64,000 nucleotides of DNA from the human T2T-CHM13v2.0 reference genome, Homo sapiens, in NCBI RefSeq assembly GCF_009914755.1, contig NC_060925.1. One strand, 5' to 3'. Every line of letters begins with the position of its first letter. Position 1 is the first letter of the stretch. The notes under the pieces are model-generated. The model was not told where the DNA came from. It ran no database searches and saw only the letters and a program-made list of their open reading frames with translations. This document shows positions 15,545 through 26,609 of the stretch, one piece after another. The position numbers and the translations under genes were made by a program.

Positions 15545-15900
15545 TTAATTCAATTCAATTTACTCTAACAAACATGTCTTGAGCACCTTCTGCATGTCAA
15601 GCTTGAGGATGCAAAACTGAAAAGACATGGGATCTGCTCTCAGGGGGAACACGCACACACACACATACACACACTTACATCAGGATTACAGAATAAAGGA
15701 TTCAGGGAGAGTACAGAAGAGAGAGCTCAGCTATGTTAGGGGTTATAAAAGCAGAAAGAGGCTGCAAGGGAGACAGAACTTGATCAGGATCTTGCAGGGT
15801 GAGTAGGTGTCTGGAGCATCTTTGGAAAAGGAAAGAGCTGAGCTAAAGGAAAGAAGTGACAACCCTAAGGAGCAGTCAGAAAATGACCAGTGATCCATTT
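15545..15900 (-). mobile_element. L2 3' fragment
   Basis: TTCAATT...AACAAACATGTCTTGAGCACCTTCTGCATGTCAAG L2 tail. Confidence 0.6.
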
Positions 15901-15969
15901 ATGTGAGGGGGCAATTCATGCTCAGGTTGGGAAGTGGAGGTGGGCTTTTAAACTCTGGGGAGTCTAAAA

Positions 15970-16200
15970 AGCAACATTAAATAGTGGTTAAGAACGTGAA
16001 CATCTGGGTTCAGATTCTGGCTCTGCTGTGGGATTTGCAGAAGTTCCATGACCTCTCTCTGCCTCCTGATCTGGAAAAATGGAGAAAATTATATAAAGTA
16101 CTTATCTCATAGAGTTATCATGAGGTTTAAATTAGATAGTTCATGTAAAGTACTTAGAACAGTGTCTTGTACACAGTAGTTACTGAAAATAATAATTATT
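15970..16200 (+). mobile_element. MIR
   Basis: TAGTGGTTAAGAAC...ATGTAAAGTACTTAGAACAGTGTCT. Confidence 0.85.
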
Positions 16201-16208
16201 AAACTTAT

Positions 16209-16591
16209 TGCTGTGGACTGAATTGTGTCCTCCCCAAAATTAATATTGTGAAGCCCTAACCCAAAGTGACCACATTTGAAGACAGGACTTTTAGGAGGTA
16301 ATGAAGGTTAAATGAGTTCCTAAGTGTAAGGTCCTAATCAGATAGAATTGGTAGGTTTATAAGAAGAAGACAGATGTCTCTGTGTGTGTGCACTGAGGAA
16401 AGGTCACATAAGGACACAGGAAGTAGGCAGCCATCTGCAAGCCAGGAAGACAGTCCTCACCAGACCCCCATCACTCTGGCACCCTGACCTTGGACTTCCC
16501 AGCCTCCAAAAGAGTAAGAAAATAAATTTCTGTTGTTTAAGCCCCTCAGGCTTTGATATTTTGTTATGGCAGCCCAAGCTGACTAATTACA
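16209..16591 (+). mobile_element. MLT1 (MLT1B-like) solo LTR
   Basis: TG...CA termini, AATAAA signal, perfect 5-bp TSD CTTAT (16204-16208 / 16592-16596). Confidence 0.92.
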
Positions 16592-16601
16592 CTTATAGTC
16601 T

Positions 16602-16995
16602 AGGGATTGTGAACTCAAACAACCATGGGGTGACAAAAGTAATATAAATAAATGGAGCAACATGTTCTTGGAAATGCAATAGTATAAGCTCAGTGATAAA
16701 TGGCAATGGACACAGGGCAGATGTGATGGACACCTGAGAACAATGGAGGCTGGTGAACTGCCGAGTGACTGCCAGACCCAAAGGGAACAGCTATCACGTG
16801 GGCTGAGTCCATTGATCACTGCTGTGTAAGAAACTGGGCCTAGCATTCCCAATTCTCCAGTGTTTTAAAGAAAAGACAGACTGCTTTTTTCTTGGGTGTG
16901 GTGGTATGGGGAAGAACTTCTAAAATTTAAAATATTGGCCAATACTGTGAGGTCATGAAATTAAAACCTGGCCCACAGACCACTGAGATGTCCCA
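16602..16995 (+). mobile_element. MER102-like hAT-Charlie element
   Basis: AGGGATTGTGAACTCAAA start and GGCCCACAGACCAC end resemble recalled MER102 consensus. Confidence 0.55.
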
Positions 16996-17049
16996 CCAAA
17001 AATGCTGGGAGACCAGCGACAGGGAGATTATTGGGATGAAGAAGAAATG

Positions 17050-17240
17050 CCGAGATTGGAGGTGGGAAGACACTGGGATTTCTAGTCAGACCTAGCTCCA
17101 TTTTAGCTCTGTGATCTTTTGCTAATACTATAATCTTCCTGAGACTCAGTTTTTCCAAGAGAAAATGGTGATGAAAATACCCGTTTTGTATGATTCTTGA
17201 AGAAATGGATGGAAACTGTCTGGAAACTGTCTAGTGAGTA
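17050..17240 (+). mobile_element. MIR
   Basis: AGCTCTGTGATCTTT...GACTCAGTTTTTCC...AAAATGGTGATGAAAATACC. Confidence 0.6.
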
Positions 17241-17289
17241 CTTGAAAATGTTAAGTTCCTTCACTTCTCTCATGCCTGAACAAAGGACA

Positions 17290-17850
17290 TGGTGGTGGAA
17301 TGGAGAGGATGCTATGAAGATGTTATGAGGTAGAATTTGACTGGATGAGGAAGACTTCAAAGTTGATGACCCTTGGGAGGGAAGAGATAATGAAGCTGTT
17401 AACTGAGGAGGGAACCACAGGAGGCAAAAGATTAATTAATTGTGTTTTAGATAAATTGAAGTTGGGGAGTCTATGGAACATTTGGGTTATGTCCTACTGG
17501 CATCCAAATAAAATGTATGAAGAGATCAGCTAGGGCTAGAGATGTAGTTTAGACTACCATCATCTCATAGGGAATAGTTGAATCCATGAGAGTGGAGGGG
17601 ATTTTTCAGACAATGGGGAAAAAAAGCCACCCTGGGAGAGTGAGAGTTGGGGGTGGGGGTGGGGGTTACAGCCAGAGGAGCACGTGTAAAACAATGAGTG
17701 GGCAAGAAGCAGCATGAACAGAGAGAAGGAGCATTTCAAGAAAGAAGAGCTTGTGATAGCAGTATTAAGTAGAATGAACATAAAGAAGAAGAGCTTGATT
17801 TTCATAATTTGAAGTTTACTAGTGAACTTTAAAAGAGCAATTTGATACAA
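17290..17850 (-). mobile_element. L2 fragment
   Basis: Purine-rich L2 ORF2 antisense signature (GTTTTAGATAAATTGAAGTT...GGGCTAGAGATGTAG). Confidence 0.6.
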
Positions 17851-20193
17851 AAACTCACCTTATGTGGTCTGACTTACAAAAATCAACTCTGGTGACACCT
17901 CTTTTACCCTTTTGTCTACATTCTCCTAACTCTCAGTGATGACTCCTACCCATTAAAGACACATTAACTTATGTTTATAAGAAAGAAGGTATATTTGCAT
18001 TTAGGGTAAGGTATTCCCAGAAACTATGCTGTAGGTTAAACTCAATTTTCTTGTAGTGAGAGTGATATAGAAAAGGATTATGCTCCTGACACAGGGCCGT
18101 ATGCCCAACTTTTTATGGGCAGGAACACAAACTCTATATTGAATTAATTATAAATGATAACCATGTATAATATAAAGGCTTTTCAAGTATACATAATTAA
18201 ACAGGGTAATACAAAAACCAATCGCATAAATTATATTTAATATGAGGGAATGGCATAAATATTAAACATAGTTATTATTTTACTCCCTGACATTCTTTCT
18301 CATTGGCAGGTGACAAGAACGTCACCATCATGGAATCAGAAGGAATCTTTTGGAAAAGTTTTCATAGACATCTCTGAGAAGACCTTGGAGGCTATTGGGG
18401 CTGCTTAATGCCTTTATGTGGAATTAATGGACTATTTTTGCTTCCTTCTTTTTGTTTTAATGATTTTCAAGGTAAACATTGGAGACCTAGATGTTAACTT
18501 TTCTGTTACCATCAAGAATATAGTATTTCTGTTTTCCTAACCTGCCATCTCACCAGGATTAGCCCCCTTCTCTTACATCCTGAGATTATTCAAGGAATAC
18601 AGACTTTGAACCAATGTAAAATACATTTTAAAATGTTGATTCTCTCATTTTGTTGCTCTACATAATATCAAAAGAGGCCCAAAGCTTTTACTTAAATGGT
18701 AGAAAACTCCATTAAAAGTTTGATCCAGATCTGTGGCAAGTTTTAGTGAATCTTAGCAATCACCATAGGTTTTACCCTTTTGATGGAAGGAAATTTTTGA
18801 GAAGTTATATTTTATGTGGTTTATAAAAAAAGATAGGTATTTTAATTGGCACTGAAAAATCTCACTTTATAATTGAAAATATTTGTGTTATACTTTGGAA
18901 TTATAAAAAACTTCCTATATACTGATTCATGGTAGTTTCAAAGTGCTCTTATCTATAATAGTAGGGTTATTATTATTATTGAATTGTTATGGATGAAGGT
19001 TGGGGATCAGTGAGATTAAATATCCTTCCTTGTGCAACACAACTAATAAAGGATGGAATGAGGGGTGGGATTCCAGGCTCTCTAACCCCAAGATGATGTT
19101 CTTCCTAAGAAATTGCCCCTTCTATAATGGACGGTCCCCACATCCCTGGGGATGCTGTGCACTTATTCAAGTGTTGGTATAATTACTCAAAATATTTTCA
19201 GAAAACTTGCTTTTAGGTTTATTTTCTCAGTGACATTAAGAACTTGGTCTCAACACCATCCACCTTCTCACCCTACTTAGAGTGTCATCATCTGCTATGG
19301 ACCCTGAGGCTCAGCACAGGTGCCTTCTGTTGCAAGCATTTGAGAGAGGTCTGTGCATGGATGATGTGAGCCAGAGGGGTCAGGGAACTCCTGTGAAGCC
19401 TGCTAGGCTGCTGCCAGAATCGCCTGGGGAAACTTGTTTGTTTGTCACTCTCCTGCCCTCTGTTAATAGTTACTCTCATGGACATAGTGAGCCTTAGCTC
19501 TGCTATTGGGAATTGCTGCACATCAAACTTCCAGAAGTCAAGCACTCCGCATCCCTTCCTTATTGAAGCAGGGCAATGCAATCCAAATATTTTCATTAAA
19601 ATGATTATAATTTTATGTCCACATTTTGGTTTTTATAAAAGTATGTTTTATGTCTCTGGGAATTTTCCTCATGTGGAATTTCTCATTCCTTTATACTACC
19701 AATAAAGAGTTTGGAGACTGACCTAAAATGGCGTACAGACTATAAAGGGATGTCATTTGTATTGATGATAAACAGAAATGGAAGGAGAAGAATGTTTATG
19801 ACAAACTTGTGTGAATCGCCAACTGAGATAGTATGATTTCCTTCTGGATATCTCCACAAACAATATATTATCTTTTCCAAGGGGAAATGATGTTACCAGG
19901 CTTTCTCAATCTTTTCAAAGTAGTGCATGCTTTTTGAGTAATTTTTTTCTAGTTTATGCAATGGATTTGCCTTCTTCAACCACCCACATTCTCCTTGACC
20001 AAGGTTATGTATTTTCACAATGTCTGACCCAATAATAGTATGTTAGGATACTCACTAGAGATTAAAAATGAAATAAAAGTTTCTCATAAACCTCTAAGGG
20101 TCTGTATTTAGATCTTTCCAAAGAAGGTAAGGGTGATTATGTTTGTATTTGTGTGAATATACATATGTAAGAAGACCATCGCCTCAAAGGTGC

Positions 20194-20255
20194 TGAAGGC
20201 ATCTTCTCTATAAGGGGTGTGTGTGAAGGCATCTTCTCTATAAGGGGTGTGTGTG

Positions 20256-20292
<37 letters not shown>
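20194..20292. repeat. Perfect 30-bp tandem duplication plus (GT)n microsatellite
   Basis: TGAAGGCATCTTCTCTATAAGGGGTGTGTG at 20194-20223 and 20224-20253, then (GT)n to 20292. Confidence 0.97.
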
Positions 20293-20293
<1 letters not shown>

Positions 20294-20984
20294 GGAAGAA
20301 AGGAAGAAACTGGAATAATGAGATCTATTTTTGCAAGGTGTAAGGGAGGCTGGACAATAGCTAAGCGGGAGAAATGGTGGTAGTGGTGGTGGCAACTGGG
20401 AGAGGATGAGCTCATAGAACAGTCAAAACCTGAGATTCTCCTAGCTCACACACCCACAATTTGACTTTGAGCTTGGAAGAGGCTCTGCAAGTGAAGAGGG
20501 GGAAGACCTGCTCTGAGGGACTATGTGCAGAGCCTAAGGCATTGGCTGCACCGGTGTTTAAGGGCATAACCAGGCAAGCCAGCTGCCATCCCCGTGTCAG
20601 CACCCTGTCTCATGGTCATAGTAGAAGATGTTGCTGTGACTCAGAACTGGAGCTCCAACTCTGATACTCTGGGGAGACAGACAGATCCAAACAATTTGGG
20701 CAGAATGCTGCCAGGAGATAAAGGGATACTTTCTGAATACCTTGGGGTTTTTTTCCCCTATAATGTACACATTCATCTATGACACCTATTACCTTCCAAG
20801 AAATCATTTTTTAACCACCTCATAGGGATTCCTAAATGTGTTGGTTCCATGAGTCCCTGAAGGTTCATATTACACCCAAAGGTCCTTAAGGAATTTTCAG
20901 TTTGTCTTACAGGTTTCTTCACTACCAAAATCCTTTGGGATTATTTCTAGCTCCTATCATACTACAGTTTCACAATGCTTTGTC

Positions 20985-21286
20985 TGAAGTTCTTAGAATT
21001 AAATGTATTTTTGAGTTTAGATATTCTCAGATTTTAGAAGAATAATATAAATTACTTAATGTCCCCAGTAGCGTAATACATGCACCCAGTAACAAAAAAA
21101 AATAAGATTTCCATAGTCTATGTACAAACATTCATACTAAGGGAATAAATGAGGTTCATAAGGAACCTCACATTAATCTACACCAGCTTTTGTTGCCACT
21201 GAACTTGTACCAAGTTTGTGAAAAAGTATTTCAGTTTTCAGGGCTTTTTGGATCTCAGAACTGTGGACAAGGAATTGTGAGCCTAT
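20985..21286 (-). mobile_element. TcMar-Tigger MITE (MER46C-like)
   Basis: TTTTCAGGGCTTTTTGGAT...GGACAAGGAATTGTGAGCCT matches recalled Tigger terminus. Left boundary uncertain. Confidence 0.55.
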
Positions 21287-21337
21287 TCTAGTATCGTTAC
21301 ACATCATGAAGGTGAGAAAGAGTAATGGATACAACAA

Positions 21338-21753
21338 TGTATTGGTCCATGCTTCCATTGCTACAAAAAAATACCTGAGGCTGGATAATTTATAAAGAAA
21401 ATAGTTTAATTAGCTCACAGTTCCGTAGGCTACACGAGAAGCATAGTGGCTTCTGCTTCTGAGGAGGCTTGGGAAGCTTCCAGTCATAATGGAAGGCAAA
21501 GAGGGAGCGAGGCATTTCACTGATGGGAGCAGGAGCAAGAGAGAGAATGAGGAGTGGGGAGGTGCTATGCACTTTAAAACAACAAGATTTCGTGAGAACT
21601 CACTCACTATCATGAGAACAGCACCAAGAGGATGGTGCTAAACCATTCATGAGAAACTCCACCATGATCTAATCACCTCCCACCAGACCCCACCTCTAGC
21701 ACTGGGGACTACAATTTAACATGAGGGTGGTGACACAGATCCAAACCATATCA
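21338..21753 (-). mobile_element. MSTA solo LTR (MaLR)
   Basis: TGTATT...CCAAACCATATCA termini; TSD AACAA/AACAG. Confidence 0.92.
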
Positions 21754-21792
21754 AACAGGAAGGCTCGAATGGAGGAGAATGGCATGTCCTCT

Positions 21793-22614
21793 TATAGTAG
21801 GCTGAATGATGAGCCCTAAATTACATTGGGACTTCTCCCTGGGCTCTGTGAATACTATACTATATGGCAAAAGATAAGGCAATGATCTAGGATGATCAGG
21901 TAGGCCCTAAACGCAATCACACGTATCTTTTTAAGAGGGAAACTTGACCCACACGGAAGAGGAAAAGGTAATACAAAGATGAAGCAGGGAGAGATTTGAA
22001 GATGCTGACCTTGGAGATCAGAGTGATGCAGCCACAAGCCAAGGAATGCTGGCAGCCACCAGGCACTGGCAGAGAGAAGCATGGGTTCTCTCAAGAGCCA
22101 ATGGAGGGAGCAAAGCCCTGGCAATGCCTTGATTTCACACTTCTCACCTGCAGAACTGTGACAGGATAAATTCTTGTCATTTTAAGAGACATTTTGTGGT
22201 ATTTTATTATAATGGTCATATAAAACCAGTATAGATTTTGGTACTGGGATGTAGGGTGCTGTGGTAATAAATACCTAAAAATGTGGAAGTAGCTTTGGAA
22301 TTTGATAAGAGGTAGAGGCTGGATGAATTTTAAGGTACATGATAGAAAAAGCCTACATTGCTTTAAACAGTATATTGGTAGGAATGTTAGAAGCACTTCA
22401 GCTGAGGACTCAGAAGAAAATGAACATGTTATTGAACATCAGACATTGGCAAGGAACAGTTTCTACTTCTGGGAAGAGTGTGGCTCTACTGACACCTTGG
22501 TTTCCATAGAGTGAGACTGATTTTGGACTTCTGGCCTCCAGACTTGTGATAATATTAACTTCTGATGATTTAGTCACCAAGTTTGTAGTAATTTTACAGC
22601 AGCAGCCCCCAGAA
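21793..22614 (+). mobile_element. MLT1C/D LTR + MLT1-int start + 3' part of second LTR
   Basis: LTR 21793-22233, then GATTTTGGTACTGGG internal-region start to ~22440, then LTR 3' sequence (GACACCTTG...GGACTTCTGGCCTCCAG). Confidence 0.8.
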
Positions 22615-22714
22615 GGGGTATCTTAACACCCACCCCCCGGACTCAAGCTCTCCAATGTCAGTCACATTTTTCAGATCATCTGTCCCTTCTCAGTGGTTCA
22701 TTGGGTCTTACTTC

Positions 22715-22870
22715 TTTAAATTTCAGTTTCTTCATGTGTAAAGTGAAGATTATAGCACACGCCTCAGAGAGTGATTGTTAAGAATTAACTTTAAAAAAAT
22801 GTACAGTATGTTTTACATGTCACCAGCATATAGTTAGTGCTCAATAAATGGTAGTTTGTTTTTGACATTA
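22715..22870 (+). mobile_element. MIR 3' part
   Basis: TCAGTTTCTTCATGTGTAAAGTG...GTGCTCAATAAATGGTAG. Confidence 0.75.
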
Positions 22871-23555
22871 CTATTCTCTTAGAACTCCTTTATAACTTTC
22901 CAAGAGATAGGAATTTACATTTAGATTAGAGATCATCTATATTGCAGAGAGAGCTGATCCATCAAATCTCAATTTTCCTCATCTAAAAGATTTTGCCAGC
23001 CCATTTATATTCACCAGTGTCACAGTGATGATGCATTTGATGTCTAAGACTGTTAGAAGTCTAAAGACATACCAATCAGTCCTGGGAGGCTTAGTTTCTA
23101 TATCTATCCTGAACATTTTTACTTTCCCAAAGGCTAGAGCCTTTGAACCCAGCATCTTCAATCAAACAATGATAATTCTCTTGACAAATGCTTAGAATTA
23201 TGCCCATTTGCAGATGGGTATGCCTATGGTGCTTGGTAAAGAGTAGTTTTCCAAAAGTAGGCAACTATATTAAGGGAGGGGAAAAATATCTAAGGGGCTA
23301 GTACATTTAGAAGGGAGACAACTAAGAATTGCAAAATCGCCCAAGCTCCTAAAAACAAGAATAAATAGGACAGTAAATTCATTAGGATGCATCCACCAGG
23401 AATTAAGAGATATAGAGAGCACAAGCTAATGGATGGCAAAGAAGGAAAAAATGGATATTGTTTGAGTGCCTGCAATGGGTGAGGCACGCATACTAAGAAT
23501 AGTCACACACAATAGGTATTTGTTCTACTTAGCTCCAGTCAGACCAACTATTTCA

Positions 23556-23652
23556 TAGCCCTCTGCAGCCTCCAACTCCTGGGCTCAAGTGATCCTCCTG
23601 TTTCAGCCTCCCAAGTTGCTGGGATTACAGGCATGAGTCACTGTGCCTGGCC
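23556..23652 (-). mobile_element. AluJ/FLAM fragment
   Basis: CTCCTGGGCTCAAGTGATCCTCC...GAGTCACTGTGCCTGGCC. Confidence 0.8.
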
Positions 23653-24221
23653 CCAGATAATTGTGTTTTTTTTTTTTTTTTTTGAGTACATACATTTAAA
23701 ATACATTATTCTTTCAGGCCATGTAATTTTGTGCCCTCTGATAAATGTGTTAAAAGCTCCGGGTGACTGGGAAGTATCCACAACCCCACCAAAAAGCCCA
23801 ACTGATGCTAAAGTCACAAAATGTGAGCACTGCCAAAGCCTCAGCAATTACTTAGTACTGTATCCACAAAGGAGGAGGAACTCAGGTACAGAATTCCACA
23901 TACCCACTTGACAATATCACAGTTGTTGATGAGGGAGGCAAGGCTAGATTCCCAGTGCTTGCCTTTCCAAAGACAGCTCTTTCTGTCCCAAAATAAGGCA
24001 CTAATCGTCGATATGTGATTAATTCCTTTCTTGACTTCCAATTTCGGCCTTTTCAAGCTTGCAACACTGGAGAAGAGAAAGGAGCACAGAACAGTCCTGG
24101 GAGTTTTGATCCAAATATAAAGCTCAGCTCAACCCCTGATAAAGTATGATCTTGAGAAGATCAGTTACCCTCAATTTGTTGAAGGTTTCCCCATCTGGGA
24201 AATAGTTCTCATGGCCCGTTT

Positions 24222-24588
24222 TGTATGGTTTGGCTGTGTCCCCACCCAAATCTCATCTTGAATTGTAATTCCTATAAGGCCCACGTGTTGTGGGAGGGAC
24301 CTGGTGGGAAGTAATTTAATCTTGGGGGAAGTAACCCTCATGCTGTTCTCATGATAGTGAGTGGGTCCTCATGAGATCTGGTGCTTTATAAGGGGCTTTT
24401 CCCCCTTTTTGCTGGGCACTTTTTGCTGCCACTAGGCAAAGAAGGATTTGTTTGCTTCCCCTTCCACCATGATTGCAAGTTTCCTGAGACCTCCCCAGCC
24501 CTGCAGAACTGTGAGTCAACCAAACCTCTTTCCTTTAAAACCAGCCTCAGGTATATCTTTATTAGCAGCGTGAGAATCAACTAATACA
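24222..24588 (+). mobile_element. THE1C/D solo LTR
   Basis: ATGGTTTGGCTGTGTCCCCACCCAAATCTC start; ends CTAATACA. Confidence 0.92.
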
Positions 24589-24654
24589 CCCTCGTTCCTT
24601 CCTTTCGTAGTACTTACTTCAGTTGTCATTTTCTAATATCTGATTCCTGCTCCA

Positions 24655-24880
24655 GGGTGTGGTGGTTAAGGGCACAGACTTGAGGCTACACTGCCTGTGT
24701 TCAAATCCTGGCTCCCTCATTTATGAAATGTGTGGGAAAGTTACTTAGTCTCTTAATGTCTCAGTTTTCTAATCTGTAAAATGGCATAATGATAAAAGCT
24801 ACCTCAGATGGAGGATAAATAAGTAGGACACTTAGACGGGCACATGGCACATATTGAGCACTATTTGTGTACTTGTTCAT
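24655..24880 (+). mobile_element. MIR
   Basis: GTGGTTAAGGGCACAGACT...CTCAGTTTTCTAATCTGTAAAATGG. Confidence 0.85.
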
Positions 24881-25915
24881 TATCCATCTCCTTTGCCACT
24901 CTATTCCATGTGGCAATTGTCTTCTTAATTTGGTCCTTCCCTTTTGTTTCTTCAATTTTATCTCATGCTACTCTCCCAGTGGCACTAAACTATTTTTGTT
25001 TCTCTCCAACTTTTCTGAAGTTTCCATGACTTTGTACAAGACTTTGTCCATGACTTTGTTTCCTTTCCTTCATAGCTGCCAAACAATAATGTGATAAGAA
25101 AAAGACCAAACATGAAAAGGGCAGAGAAAAGGAATGATTCTTTTGGTTTTCTTTAAAAAAAGAGGTGCCTAAGTGCAAAGGGTATTGAATTGGCTGCACA
25201 ATAAAAACAGTGAGACTCCATTCACTAGCTTGTATGACGCTCTGAGGGTGGATACTTACTTGGTTCACTCAAGCACACCAGTAGTTTTCCTGGAACTAGT
25301 ACTGACCAGCACAAAGTGAGTATCACCACACCCATTATCATTTGAGAGTGCCCAGAGATGCTCCACAGATCCTGGGGACATGTTCCCTAACACCCTAGGA
25401 GAGTTGAAAGCCTTCCTGCTCTGTGCTTCCACTGCACTGTGTCTAGTGTCTATATTTTTCTTCCATTGTGTGCCATGTAGATCAATGTTGAATGGTTTAA
25501 ATATTTTATGTTTTTGTTTTTCTCTCTGACAAAGTTTTGAGCTTTGTGTGTATCTAGCACAGTGTCTGGCACATGGTCTTAAAACTCTCTTATTCCTTGG
25601 TTTCCTGGACATCAAACCCTTCCAGTTCTCTTCTAAATTCTCTGAATCTTCCATTAATTTTTCTTTGCTGACGCTTTTTTTCTTTGCTCAGTCCTTTGGT
25701 GGTTCCTAGGTTCATTTTTCTTCCTTTTCTTCTTATCCCTCATGCTCACATGGGTCCCAAGGCTTTCGTCACTCCCTGCAAGCAGAGTCGTCCTACACTC
25801 TGGAATCTATCTGATCTCTCCCTTCAACCCAACTGCTGGCCAGGTATCTTTACTTAGATGGCTTATGTGTACTTCAAAGTAAGTCTGTTTCTAAAATAGA
25901 ACCCATTTGACCTTG

Positions 25916-26251
25916 TGATATGGTTTGGCTGTGTCCTTACCCAAATCTCATTTTGAATTGTAGCTCCTGTAATTCTCAGTATTGTGGGAGGGACCTGGGG
26001 GGAGATAATTGAATCATGGGTGCAGTTCCCCACATACTGTTCTTGTGGTAGTGAGTAAGTCTCATGATATCTGATGGTTTCATAAGCGGAAATCCCTTTC
26101 AATTGGTTTTCATCTCTCTTGCCTGCTGCCATGTAAGACATGCCTTTTGCCTTCAGCCATGATTGCGAGGTCTTCCCAGCTGTATGGAACTGCGAGTCCA
26201 TTAAACCTCTTTTTCTTTATAAATTACCCAGTCTTGGGTATGTCTTTATCA
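25916..26251 (+). mobile_element. THE1B solo LTR, 3'-truncated
   Basis: TGATATGGTTTGGCTGTG start. Stops at TATGTCTTTATCA, lacking the terminal ...GACTAATACA. Confidence 0.92.
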
Positions 26252-26265
26252 ACTATATTCAATTA

Positions 26266-26388
26266 TTATATTTTTCAGACCTATACATTCCATTAGATTT
26301 TTAATATAGATTATTAGTACCTGCTGAAATTTTTTTTCTCTCTTTTCTTGAATGTAGTTATTTTAATGTGCCTGTTTAATAATTCTAA
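26266..26388 (+). repeat. 123-bp direct duplicate of 27727-27849
   Basis: Ungapped alignment, 5 mismatches in 123 bp counted by eye. Confidence 0.95.
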
Positions 26389-26609
26389 AAATATCATTCT
26401 AAATCTTATTCTGGATAAATATCCCAGATGGAACACTTGGATTTCTTCATCTTTCCTGCTACATCTAAGTAGTCTTTAAATGCTGAAAATGTAGAATTTA
26501 TATATCGCATTTTTGATCCCCCCTCAAAATCTACATGGTAATGCTTTAGTTCAGGTCTTCATCATCTCTATGTTGACTGACAACAGCAGCTTCCGTAACT
26601 CCCTCACAA

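Larger units (their letters stand above)
25580..26605 (+). mobile_element. L2 fragment, interrupted by THE1B and duplicated segment
   Basis: L2 ORF2-like sequence on both sides of the LTR (TTAGTTCAGGTCTTCATCATCTCT). Confidence 0.55.

Noticed and set aside
19762-19826. TTGATGA...CTGA resembling C/D box snoRNA
   Set aside because: Non-consensus C box and no terminal stem.
20194-20253. 30-bp direct repeat as CRISPR-like array
   Set aside because: Two adjacent copies, no spacer, eukaryotic context.
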